A stretch of DNA of 64,000 nucleotides from positions 416,001-480,000 of the forward strand of contig OZ244587.1 in NCBI GenBank assembly GCA_965218095.1, written 5' to 3'. Of this stretch, positions 1 through 9,024 are shown piece by piece (position 1 is the stretch's first letter; each line of letters begins with the position of its first letter). Below the pieces are notes generated by a model. That model was not told where the DNA came from. It worked only from the letters and a program-made list of their open reading frames with translations, and searched no databases. Made by a program: the position numbers and the translations under genes. The DNA comes from Candidatus Poribacteria bacterium. GTDB lineage: Bacteria; Poribacteria; WGA-4E; PCPOR2b.

Positions 1-1856
1 TTTGAACGATTCGCTTCGATTTCCTCGCGCAAAATTTCAGCTTTTGGGTGATAATGCCAAGGATTTAAATTATCTTCTTCTTGGAGTCTTGAAATCGGTA
101 TTAACTTACGCTCATTCCTATAATCCTCTAGAATATCTGGAAAGTCATTCTCCTCAATGTTATGCCCCAAAGTATTATAGCCAACTTTTTCAGCCCAAGC
201 GACAAATACATTGTAATCTGTTCTAGGATTCGATGTTTTTCTAAGAAACAACAAGTCGCCAAGTATCCCGCAATCTGTATGATGAAATGCTGTTGTGGGC
301 AAACCAACAACTGCTAAAACCTCGCAGTGACGAAAAATTAGTTCTCTCAACATCTTAAAGGAGTGCGATTCATTTTCAAAGATGCTTCTCGGTAGGACAA
401 TACTAGCCCGCCCCCCTTCATCCAAAAGACGGATTATCTGCTCGACGAAAATGATTGCCTTATGGATTCCACGAATGTTGCCGTCTTTATTCTTTCCTGT
501 TTCAAACTCCCTTAAAATTGATTCCTCATTCTCAAACCCCGCAAATGGTGGATTAGCTAAGATCAACGTAAACTTGCCATTGAAGTCTCTGAGGGAATCA
601 TGCTCATGAATTCTTAATCCATGGCAACGCTGAATGCCAGACCACCCATCTCCGTGCATTATCATGTTCATTCTGGTTGTTCTTACCATTCTAGGACTTA
701 AATCCGTACCTTTTATATTCTGAGTCACAGTATTATGGATTAACTGCTCAGTGATGTGTTGTGGCAAATTCTGCTGTTGCTGCCTAATCTGATCTGCTAT
801 TTTCTGCATCGTATAAATTAAAAAGCCGCCGCTACCGCACGATGGGTCTAGCACAATATCGTCTCTTGTAGGTTCAAGAAGGTCTACCATAAACCTTACG
901 ATTTTTCTGGGTGTGAAGTATTGGCCTAACTCTCCTCGAAATGTTTCGCCAACCATGTTTTCGTAAACAGTACCCTTTGCATCTATGCCTATTACAGATC
1001 TGCCCGCAAAACTAAAGCCCTGAAAAGTCTCGGTTACCTTGCGAATCGATTTATTGTGAATCCAAAATTCATCATCACCCGGTTCTGAAAAAAGTTCTCT
1101 ATACCTGCTTTTCTCCTTAGCGTCTCTCAAGAGACAGCGAATATTATCGCCTGTCTCGTCCTCGCTTTCTCCAGCTAAAACAGAGAACATATACTCATTA
1201 GGGATTTCCTGTTCATCATAAACTTTAACGAAAAACAATTTTACTAGCTCATCGAAAGCCTTTGCGGGGTCTACTCCCTCACTATGAATCTGGTCGTGAC
1301 ATGTCTTAATTAAATCACGAAGTTGCTTCTCATCAGCAATAGGGGGTAACTTGTGACTTTTCGAGAGTCTCTTAGTAAGTGGCTTGGACCCAATCCAATG
1401 AGGTATATCGCTTACAACAATGCCATCAACTGGGTGAGGTTGTGTTTCAAAAGCGGACCATCGATCTGAATCCGTAAAAAGATGATATAATGCCTGCAAA
1501 GCTCGGGAATAACTTGCGGCTTGCTTTGCCCCATCTAATCCCCCAAATTCCCGACATTCAATCACAATCAGGGCAGTTCCGGGTCTCCTTGATGGGTGAG
1601 AATAAATCACAACATCGGCTTTTGTGCCTCCTGAAGTGCCTGATGTCAAGGCTTGTCTTCCTAAGCCACCACAAGATACCTCATGGTCAATATACTCTGT
1701 AGGGTAGCCGTATTCACATACCAACTTACAAATAGTCCAATAATGAACGATTGACTCTTGGGGTTTTGAAAGCCAAGAAGAAAACAGACTTTTCAAAAGC
1801 CTTTTGCTAATTTTGATAGGTTCAATAAGATAATACTCACGAAGTAGAGGAGACAT
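1..1856 (-). CDS. Type IIG/IIB-like restriction-modification protein (N-terminal HsdR_N-like nuclease + N6-adenine methyltransferase), 3' end outside window
   Basis: Not in the ORF track (runs off the edge). Spot translation from ATG at 1856: MSPLLREYY...ADVVIY...VIECRE...KQAASY; GELGQYFTPRKIVRFMVDLLEP...LDPSCGSGGFL (motif I); LANPPFA (motif IV, in frame at 552-554); frame open at the window edge. Confidence 0.85.
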   Translation of the reverse strand, partial: MSPLLREYYLIEPIKISKRLLKSLFSSWLSKPQESIVHYWTICKLVCEYGYPTEYIDHEVSCGGLGRQALTSGTSGGTKADVVIYSHPSRRPGTALIVIECREFGGLDGAKQAASYSRALQALYHLFTDSDRWSAFETQPHPVDGIVVSDIPHWIGSKPLTKRLSKSHKLPPIADEKQLRDLIKTCHDQIHSEGVDPAKAFDELVKLFFVKVYDEQEIPNEYMFSVLAGESEDETGDNIRCLLRDAKEKSRYRELFSEPGDDEFWIHNKSIRKVTETFQGFSFAGRSVIGIDAKGTVYENMVGETFRGELGQYFTPRKIVRFMVDLLEPTRDDIVLDPSCGSGGFLIYTMQKIADQIRQQQQNLPQHITEQLIHNTVTQNIKGTDLSPRMVRTTRMNMIMHGDGWSGIQRCHGLRIHEHDSLRDFNGKFTLILANPPFAGFENEESILREFETGKNKDGNIRGIHKAIIFVEQIIRLLDEGGRASIVLPRSIFENESHSFKMLRELIFRHCEVLAVVGLPTTAFHHTDCGILGDLLFLRKTSNPRTDYNVFVAWAEKVGYNTLGHNIEENDFPDILEDYRNERKLIPISRLQEEDNLNPWHYHPKAEILREEIEANRS

Positions 1857-2224
1857 TTCCTTTAAAAGAGAATCAAAGTTCTTTTGATGATTCTCAAGTA
1901 TGGAGTGAATTCTCTGTTCATGGTCAGATGAAATCTTTATCATATGCACACCGGTCATCTACTTGTTGTCGGTTGTCAGTTTTCGGGGGAATGGTTCTTG
2001 GTTTTCGGTTGTCAGTAAGAGATTTCTATACGGAGCCCTGCTATACACATAGCGCTCCTCTGGAGCGAAAAGTAAAGCACTTCAGGTTTAACAGAAAACC
2101 GATGGAACTTCAATACCTAGCAACTTGAGTTATACTATGGCACAACGTTGTTGGTATCTTCCGGACGCGCAATGAATTGCGCTACTACAAACTCAAGTGC
2201 GTAACTCCTATCCATAAAGAATCA

Positions 2225-2779
2225 TCATCGGACATTATTTTTGTCATCTTTCTTTCTGAGTTGTTCCGCCTTGGCAAAATCAGCGTCGGTGCGGTCAAGA
2301 TCTCCTTTTTTCTGGTACGTCTTTCCGCGCAACTCATAGGCGAAGGCATAATCGGGTTTCAGTTCTATTGTTCGAGTAAGGTCTACAATCGCAGGGTCAT
2401 AATCCTCTTTCATCAAGTAAACTGCACCGCGACCGCGATAGGCATCGGCATAATCCGGCTTCAGTTCTATTGCTATAGTAAAATCCTCAAGGGCACGGTT
2501 GTAATCCTCTTTCATCAAGTAAGCCACACCGCGACCAACATAACCGTAAGCTTGATTGGGATCAAGTCCTATTACTATGGTCCAGTTTGCGATAGCGCGA
2601 AGATAATCCTCTTTTTCAGAGTAAGCCAACGCCCGCCAAGCATAGGCATCGGCATAGTTAGGCTTCAATTCTATTGCTTGGGTATACTCAGGGATAGCGC
2701 GGTCATAATTGGCTTCACGATGATAGTCTCGCCCACGATTGTAATAATCTTGGGCATTTGAGGGTATTGAAGGGGGCAT
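2225..2779 (-). CDS. Tetratricopeptide repeat protein (about 5 TPRs)
   Basis: 34-aa repeats 'AI..YT.AIELKPDYADAY..RG.AY'; 102-bp periodicity in the DNA. Confidence 0.9.
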   Translation of the reverse strand: MPPSIPSNAQDYYNRGRDYHREANYDRAIPEYTQAIELKPNYADAYAWRALAYSEKEDYLRAIANWTIVIGLDPNQAYGYVGRGVAYLMKEDYNRALEDFTIAIELKPDYADAYRGRGAVYLMKEDYDPAIVDLTRTIELKPDYAFAYELRGKTYQKKGDLDRTDADFAKAEQLRKKDDKNNVR

Positions 2780-2852
2780 AGGAATTTCCTTTCCGATAGC
2801 TGGGAGCGGAGGACTTAAAGCCCCCTGGAGTTCAATTAGATGATTTTGTTAA

Positions 2853-3302
2853 TTATCGCGTTTCCAGACGGCTGGCTCTCTCTTGCAGATATGCAAGAAT
2901 CTCTTGAGAGGGGGAACTGTCTTCCCCTTGAGAGTCTCTATTTCCTTTGCCTATCCTTCTCTCAAAATAAACGAAAATTCCTACTGGTACACTAATAACA
3001 GCAGTAATTAACACAATTACAAGGTTTTGTAGAAATCCAAGTCGCTTATCCACGTTACTGCTACTACTGGTAAGTCTCTTATCCACGTCGGCAATGCTAG
3101 CAGTCAAACGCTTGTCCATTTCATCAATTCGGGTGGTCAATAACTGAAGCTTGAGATCGGTACGGGCTTCAGATTCCGCGATTTCTTCTTTGACAATTGC
3201 GCGAATAGCTTGTAAATCCTCTTTTGTTAATTCACTGAGAACGGGCGCAGCAAAGAAGAAATTGAGTAAAACTCCAATGGTAAGCCATTTCATCATCAAC
3301 AT
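2853..3302 (-). CDS. Hypothetical exported coiled-coil protein with C-terminal TM helix
   Basis: Signal-peptide-like N-terminus, three 11-aa DKRL repeats, hydrophobic segment LVIVLITAVISVPVGIFVYF. Confidence 0.7.
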   Translation of the reverse strand: MLMMKWLTIGVLLNFFFAAPVLSELTKEDLQAIRAIVKEEIAESEARTDLKLQLLTTRIDEMDKRLTASIADVDKRLTSSSSNVDKRLGFLQNLVIVLITAVISVPVGIFVYFERRIGKGNRDSQGEDSSPSQEILAYLQERASRLETR

Positions 3303-3602
3303 CCTTAGTCATTTGAGAGGTAGGCATAAACATAGTTGACATAGTCAGCCAAGAAGGGGTTTATTGTTATCAGGGCAAAGAGAGTTCTTATGGCAAATAA
3401 GCCGATGTTGGCTGATTATGTTGCTCTTATTATACAACGATTTGAGCGGTTGATGCAACACCCTATTGAACAACAAAGCGTCAAACGGGGAAAACCGTGC
3501 CTTCAAAAGTCAGTGGTGTTGGCTGACGCATCACCCGGAGGTATTGCAATGGAATTTAGCCAGTTGTAATATCTCTAGAATCATGTTAAGAAATCGTGCA
3601 AC

Positions 3603-3635
3603 AGAAACCGAGTTTTTGGCAAAAACTCGGTTTCT
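3603..3635. repeat. Palindromic repeat family A, copy 1 (AGAAACCGAGTTTTT-N3-AAAAACTCGGTTTCT)
   Basis: 15-bp perfect inverted repeat; near-identical copy at 19199-19243 with similar upstream flank. Confidence 0.85.
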
Positions 3636-3737
3636 AAGCTGTCCTGTTATGCACCTATCGCCCCACCCCGATAAGATTGGGATTCAAAGCAACTGGGGCT
3701 AATGAGAGTAATACGTGGCGCGTAATACGTAAGACGA

Positions 3738-3766
3738 TACGGAACGGAGATCTCCGTTCCCTACGA
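3738..3766. repeat. REP-like palindrome (GTAG class)
   Basis: GGAACGGAGATCTCCGTTCCCTAC, similar to the REPs at 22485 and 22831. Confidence 0.65.
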
Positions 3767-3822
3767 ATTACACTCGGTGCCCCGAACCGCTGGGAAGGTG
3801 TTTAGGTGGCAACTCAGGTTAC

Positions 3823-4407
3823 CTATAATTCCTTCAAAACTGTAGAGCCATCCGCCTCATGAGGGTTTAGTATAAGCGTATCCCCTGTCCTACCCCATGT
3901 ACCTGTTTCTACCTCATCAGCTATTTCGGTTGTGTAAGCGGAACCAGACAGGAGGTAATTACCCGGTATTTCATCCTTGCCGACGAGCACCCCCTGAATA
4001 TCTTCCACCTGCATCTTCACCCGAATAACAATTTCTATTTCCAGTATTCCATTGTCATAAAATGAAAAAGAGATGGACCCATCATAACCAGTAACGCCAT
4101 CACCAGACCAAAACGCTGCGATAGCCTTTCCTCGAAGATCTCCATCCACAACCGAACCATCAGCGCCCAAAAAAGTAAAGTCATCATCATCATAATCATC
4201 ATATTCGGCAAGGGCTTCTAGCGCACTGAATCCCTGATAGCTGTCAAGGGCCCATGTCCCAATCCACTCATTATCTTCAGGTTCAATCGGGTCACCATCT
4301 ATAACTCCAACAATCAATGCCTCAAAATTAGAGCAGCCGATGACTCCGATAATTCCACAAACCCCAAAGAACCCCAAAAACAGGTTAATAACTATTTGTC
4401 TAAACAT
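3823..4407 (-). CDS. Putative lipoprotein, lipocalin-like beta domain
   Basis: Likely start MFRQ at 4407; lipobox-like VIGC; 'WIGTW' and 'ETGTW...GDTLIL' motifs. Confidence 0.65.
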   Translation of the reverse strand: MFRQIVINLFLGFFGVCGIIGVIGCSNFEALIVGVIDGDPIEPEDNEWIGTWALDSYQGFSALEALAEYDDYDDDDFTFLGADGSVVDGDLRGKAIAAFWSGDGVTGYDGSISFSFYDNGILEIEIVIRVKMQVEDIQGVLVGKDEIPGNYLLSGSAYTTEIADEVETGTWGRTGDTLILNPHEADGSTVLKEL

Positions 4408-4481
4408 TTTTATCCACCTTCTTAGTATGTTTTGTGTTGCATTCACTACACCGGCATCTCCGCCAGCGGATATGCACTTCA

Positions 4482-4508
4482 GTAGGGGCAGGGCTTCCCC
4501 ACCCCTAC
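4482..4508. repeat. REP-like palindrome GTAGGGGCAGGG-CTT-CCCCACCCCTAC
   Basis: Imperfect hairpin bounded by GTAG...CTAC, in an intergenic gap. Confidence 0.6.
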
Positions 4509-4515
4509 AAGGGAT

Positions 4516-5319
4516 TTACTTGCTATCCTCCCCCAACGTTGTGCGTCCGGTGCGGTGTGGTGGCTCGTAGATCGCCAATTCTTCTGGCGTTGGGTCGGCG
4601 ATTGGGCAGGCAGCGTGCGGTGAGCCCCACGACAAGAATCCGGGCGAGCATTTGAACAAGATCGAGCGGCGTTCCCGGTCGGTGGGCTGCCAAGGAAGTG
4701 TGCCGTGCACCAAAGCTTCGTTGAAGATAACGACGGAACCGGGTCCCGCGACAATTTGTCGAATACAACCCATCCCATCCTCTGTGGACAAAACATGCTC
4801 AGGCGGACGGTAATTCGATTTGTGGCTGCCCGGCACACATGCGAATCCACCGTCCCCTTCACGGACCTCCGTCAACTGCCACGCAGCGACACAGAGTCCG
4901 CACTGCATCCGCCCATGCTCAAATCGGTGATATTGGCTTGGATCGAAAGTCATCCCACCGTGCAGCCAGTGCCCCTCAGTCCCCTTGACCATCTGAATGA
5001 GCCCGGGGCCGTGGTCAAGCCGAAAGCCGGGGCCGAGAATTTCGTTGAAAACGTCGATGACTCGTGGATGCGTCAGCATCCGTCGAAACGGTTCGCACCA
5101 GGGCCGCTCAAAGGTCAGCGGGTTCTGTTGAAATTCTCCGCGGCCGGTCTTCCCCTCCAACGTTTTAAATCCGCGGGAGAGCCCCGGCTGCCGATCGGCG
5201 ATGAGATCTGTGTAGCGGTCAACGGCTTCATTCGCCGCGTCCACCTCGGACGGGGTGAGGACATCTTCGAGCACCACGTAACCCCACAGGTCGAACAAGA
5301 ATTTTTCGTTATCGGTCAT
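4516..5319 (-). CDS. Phytanoyl-CoA dioxygenase (PhyH) family protein
   Basis: GYVVLEDVLT, LHGG, GGFACVPGSHK, GSVVIFNEALVHGT...RRS; RBS AAGGAG upstream of ATG 5319. Confidence 0.9.
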   Translation of the reverse strand: MTDNEKFLFDLWGYVVLEDVLTPSEVDAANEAVDRYTDLIADRQPGLSRGFKTLEGKTGRGEFQQNPLTFERPWCEPFRRMLTHPRVIDVFNEILGPGFRLDHGPGLIQMVKGTEGHWLHGGMTFDPSQYHRFEHGRMQCGLCVAAWQLTEVREGDGGFACVPGSHKSNYRPPEHVLSTEDGMGCIRQIVAGPGSVVIFNEALVHGTLPWQPTDRERRSILFKCSPGFLSWGSPHAACPIADPTPEELAIYEPPHRTGRTTLGEDSK

Positions 5320-5543
5320 TTGCAGCAACTCCTTTCCTGTGATACTATCAGGACTCGCGCGATTGAATAGGCTGATTAACTCTCAACCTACTGTGCATCC
5401 TGCATCTTGCATCGGATTCAGGATTCAAGATGCCGTACAATCCTGGATTCTGCACATCGGCTGCGTAAGTCCTGATCATCTAATGATTGGATGTGAACGC
5501 GCATTTCAATGAACTTATAGCGAGTAAAACACGCGCTTCTCCC

Positions 5544-5604
5544 GTCATCCTCAACGAAGGGAAGGATCTCTTGCACCTTAATGAGGAGATTCTCCGCTGC
5601 GTTC
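5544..5604. repeat. Degenerate GTCATCC..CGAAG..GATCT hairpin repeat (family B)
   Basis: Similar to the element at 12324-12411. Confidence 0.5.
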
Positions 5605-5654
5605 TATTAGACTTTCAAGAAACTACCCGCAATGAGTTCAATACGATTTCACAC

Positions 5655-5683
5655 TTGACTCGGCTTATGGGTAATGATACAAT
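5655..5683 (+). promoter_or_regulatory. Sigma70-type promoter upstream of the TauD-family gene
   Basis: TTGACT-17 bp-TACAAT with extended TGn. Confidence 0.55.
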
Positions 5684-5909
5684 GATTTATCTTCTAATTA
5701 TATCAGTTTTTAGAAATTTGTTCAACAGGATTATACAAAACAAAGCAGAATTTCGAGAAACTGTGGGCGGGGTTGCAACTGGAGCTTGAATAATGGCCGA
5801 CAGGTACCTCCTTTGCCCGCCAATTAGTCACAGAATATCAGGGCTACCTAACAGGACGTAAAAAGGGCATTTGAAAAACTGAAATCCCTGCTTCCGGGAG
5901 GAAAAGACC

Positions 5910-6824
5910 ATGAACCATCAAGATTTCCGAGAACCACACCCACCACGCGACTTGCCCTTCGAGATTAGGCCACTGTCGTCGGCGCTTGGGGCCGAAATTG
6001 TCGGGATTAGCTTGGACGAAGCAGCGAGCGAAGCGGTATTTCCCGCAGTCTACGAAGCATTCCTCGAATATCAACTCATCCTGTTCCGCGACATCGATCC
6101 CGATAGATCGGGATGCAAGCACTTGCCGCCAGCGCTCCAAGTCAAGTTCGCCCGAAATTTCGGCGAGGTGCAGGTCCACGTGATGAATCAGTATCACGGC
6201 TACGAGGACTATCCGGAGATCTACTTTCTCTCGAACCTCGACGAGAACGGGGTTCCGACTGGCGCACACCCGGATAAGGGCACACTGCACTGGCATACCG
6301 ACGGCTCCTGGATGCGCCGTACCGGCCTGGCGACCATGATGTACGCCGAAATCGTTCCAGCGGCGGGCGGAGAGACACATTTCTGCAACATGTACGGCGT
6401 ATATCACGGATTAAGTGCGGAGATGAAGAACCGGCTCAACGGACTCCGAGCGATCCACAATCTCGACTTCTCGCGCACCCGTCGACACGGCGAGGATCCA
6501 ATGACGGCGGAGCAGAAAGCGAAAGTACCGCCGGTTGACCATCCGATCGTCCGCACCCATCCGGAGACCAAGCGCAGGTGTATTTTTCTGGGCGACCATG
6601 CCGAATACGTGCAGGGCATGGACTACAACGAGGGCCGAGCGCTGATTGAAGAGATCAACCGTCAGATCACGGCAGAGCGCCTCATCTATCGTCACAAATG
6701 GAAGCCGCGGCAGGTTATCGTCTGGGACAACCGCTGCCTCCTGCACCGGGCGACAGTCTACGACACCGCCAGGGAACGCCGGATCATGCGGCGCTGTACG
6801 GTGCTCGGTGACGTGCCGTATTAA
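5910..6824 (+). CDS. TauD/TfdA family Fe(II)/2-oxoglutarate dioxygenase
   Basis: LGAEIVGI, WHTD, HPIVRTHPET, WDNRCLLHRA...RRCT motifs. Confidence 0.92.
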   Translation: MNHQDFREPHPPRDLPFEIRPLSSALGAEIVGISLDEAASEAVFPAVYEAFLEYQLILFRDIDPDRSGCKHLPPALQVKFARNFGEVQVHVMNQYHGYEDYPEIYFLSNLDENGVPTGAHPDKGTLHWHTDGSWMRRTGLATMMYAEIVPAAGGETHFCNMYGVYHGLSAEMKNRLNGLRAIHNLDFSRTRRHGEDPMTAEQKAKVPPVDHPIVRTHPETKRRCIFLGDHAEYVQGMDYNEGRALIEEINRQITAERLIYRHKWKPRQVIVWDNRCLLHRATVYDTARERRIMRRCTVLGDVPY

Positions 6825-6877
6825 CCACTGCGTTTGGCAGCAAAAAAAGGTAGAAGGAATAAGGAGGAGGAAATCAA

Positions 6878-8785
6878 ATGAATCCGTTAGAACTATCTGG
6901 AGTGAACATCAACCTTCGAGTGAACGAAGATTTAAGCCTGACCGTCCGGCGGCGTGACGGACGAGTCTTGTGGGAAACCTCGAAAACACACACTCCTATT
7001 CTTGTGATACGCAGCGGTGATGCCAAGCCACGCGAGATGCCCCTAGCAAATGTCACTACAAAGATCTCGCCGTTCGATGATGGTAAATATCGGGGCCATA
7101 CCGTTCTCTTGAGTGGCTTTGCGGGCGTTGATATCCTTCTGGAACTGATTTTCGCCATTGACACGACGGTAGATGAGCTTCTGGTTCAGGCGGCACAGGT
7201 CGGTGGCGCACACACCGCTGTGAGTCTTGAGCATTTCTACCGGTTTGAAAAACCAGTTTCCGATGGCGGGTATATGGTACTGCCTCACGGTTCAGGTTAC
7301 CTGATTCCCGCAGAATGCCCCGACGAACTTCCGGGAGAAGGTCACAAAGGCGGACTCATCGGTGGTCGGTGGACACTGCCAATGTTCGGGATAGTGCGCG
7401 GGAATGATGCAATATGTGCTATCGTCGAGACATGGTGGGATTGCGATGTCTCAGTAGAACATACGCCAGGCGACCAATCGACGCTGGATTTCCGGTGGCT
7501 CGGCAGCCTCGGGGCGCTGGCTTACCCACGCCGCTTCTTCCTGCGGTTTGCTCAGGGGATAGATTATGTGGAGATGGCGAAGAGCTATCGTAATTACGCC
7601 AGACAGCACGGCTTGTTACGCACGCTTGAAGAGAAGGCAGCCCTGACTCCCACTATCCGGCACGATATCGAAGCGATTCTTTTTCGATGGCCCGCATGGA
7701 ATCCCGATGAGGGACCGACCGTACTCGCAGAGATTCGAGCGTTGCGCGAGATGGGTTTTGGGGTGAAATTTTTCTTCCCCAAGTGGTCATCCGCCGGCTA
7801 TTCACCGGAGCACGGTACAGCCACGAGAGCGGACGCAAACTGGCAAGCCTATCTGCTTGAAAACCCCGTCCCGGGCGGGTGGGCGCCGCTGGTCGAGTTT
7901 GCGAATGCGGTGCGTCAACTCGGTTGTACAGTTCAAGGCTTTACCAGTCCGAGAACGCAGCGTTCCGAAGGACCGGCATTCGATGAAGACCGTTGGCCAC
8001 GAGATGCCAATGGCGAGCCGATACACGACCTGAGCGTTCACGATGCCGTCGATCGCATCAAGCGTGGCTTAGATAACATCGAAGCCCAGGGGCTTAAATA
8101 TGACGCTCTATACTACGACGGATATTCCGCGTATCACCCCTTGCCAGAGGATTTTTCACAGAAGGGTCGGATCACTCGACGAATGACTTGGGAGGCGCAA
8201 AATGCGTGCTTTGCCGAAACCCGACGTCGTGGCATCATGCCCGCTGCAGAGCTGGCTCGGTTCTGGTGTATACGGGACTGCGATTACTTTTTCTTTACCG
8301 ATTGGTCAAGCGATCGATTGTCCAACACTCCCGTTCAAGGTGCGCCTGCACCTGTGGGTGAACCCATCCCACTGTTCCAACTGGTCTTCCATGACTGCTA
8401 TTTAGCGGGTTTCTCCGGCGGCGGTTACGCCGTTTACACGCCGGGCTATGACTGGTGGGAAGACCGCACGCCGCGACTCTACGAACTGATGTTTGCCTCC
8501 GCACCCGCGTACAATTGGTTGCCAGAGGGTAACGTCCCCGTGCGAAATTTAAACAGCGCCGCTGCGCAACGATGTCTCGCCTGGCTAAAGCGTTGGAGCG
8601 CCTACTACCGGGCTATCGCCACCTCGGAAATGGTTTCCCACCAAGTCCTTTCGCCGGACCGCAAGCTACAGCGGATTGCGTTCGCTAATGGCGTGGTTGC
8701 AACGTTCAACATGGGAACAAACGAGTTCTGCGTGACAAACGTTGCTGGCTTCAGTGGGGAATGGGAGAAACCCCAGGTGTTCTGA
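6878..8785 (+). CDS. Putative glycoside hydrolase (DUF5696 / GH129-like)
   Basis: 635 aa, strong RBS AGGAGG; 'GYMVLPHGSGYLIP', 'DYVEMAKSYR', 'PIPLFQLVFHDC', 'MVSHQVL...F.NG' resemble that family. Confidence 0.6.
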   Translation: MNPLELSGVNINLRVNEDLSLTVRRRDGRVLWETSKTHTPILVIRSGDAKPREMPLANVTTKISPFDDGKYRGHTVLLSGFAGVDILLELIFAIDTTVDELLVQAAQVGGAHTAVSLEHFYRFEKPVSDGGYMVLPHGSGYLIPAECPDELPGEGHKGGLIGGRWTLPMFGIVRGNDAICAIVETWWDCDVSVEHTPGDQSTLDFRWLGSLGALAYPRRFFLRFAQGIDYVEMAKSYRNYARQHGLLRTLEEKAALTPTIRHDIEAILFRWPAWNPDEGPTVLAEIRALREMGFGVKFFFPKWSSAGYSPEHGTATRADANWQAYLLENPVPGGWAPLVEFANAVRQLGCTVQGFTSPRTQRSEGPAFDEDRWPRDANGEPIHDLSVHDAVDRIKRGLDNIEAQGLKYDALYYDGYSAYHPLPEDFSQKGRITRRMTWEAQNACFAETRRRGIMPAAELARFWCIRDCDYFFFTDWSSDRLSNTPVQGAPAPVGEPIPLFQLVFHDCYLAGFSGGGYAVYTPGYDWWEDRTPRLYELMFASAPAYNWLPEGNVPVRNLNSAAAQRCLAWLKRWSAYYRAIATSEMVSHQVLSPDRKLQRIAFANGVVATFNMGTNEFCVTNVAGFSGEWEKPQVF

Positions 8786-9024
8786 ATCTCTCTGCAAGGT
8801 TGCAGAAGTTATGATATTCAAGCCGAATCCGATTACCGAATCTTTTTGTTGTCATTTGTTTGCAATCGTACTATACCAGTCGTTGGCTGGAATCACTGAA
8901 TGCGCCGTGTCCATTGAGTCATCGAAGATTGCGAACCCCAGGGCGCCAGCATACCAAGCGGGGTAGATTTGCCCGATAATGCGGACGGGAATGAGCATGG
9001 CGCCAAGAGCAGCTCAGTAACTTT

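Noticed and set aside
2-1702. Short ORFs in the track (2-226, 128-310, 382-609, 1490-1702)
   Set aside because: Shadows of the long minus-strand methyltransferase frame.
2177-2761. 194-aa plus-strand ORF and many similar antisense ORFs (e.g. 4705-5370, 56650-57399)
   Set aside because: They lie opposite well-supported genes and show no motifs.
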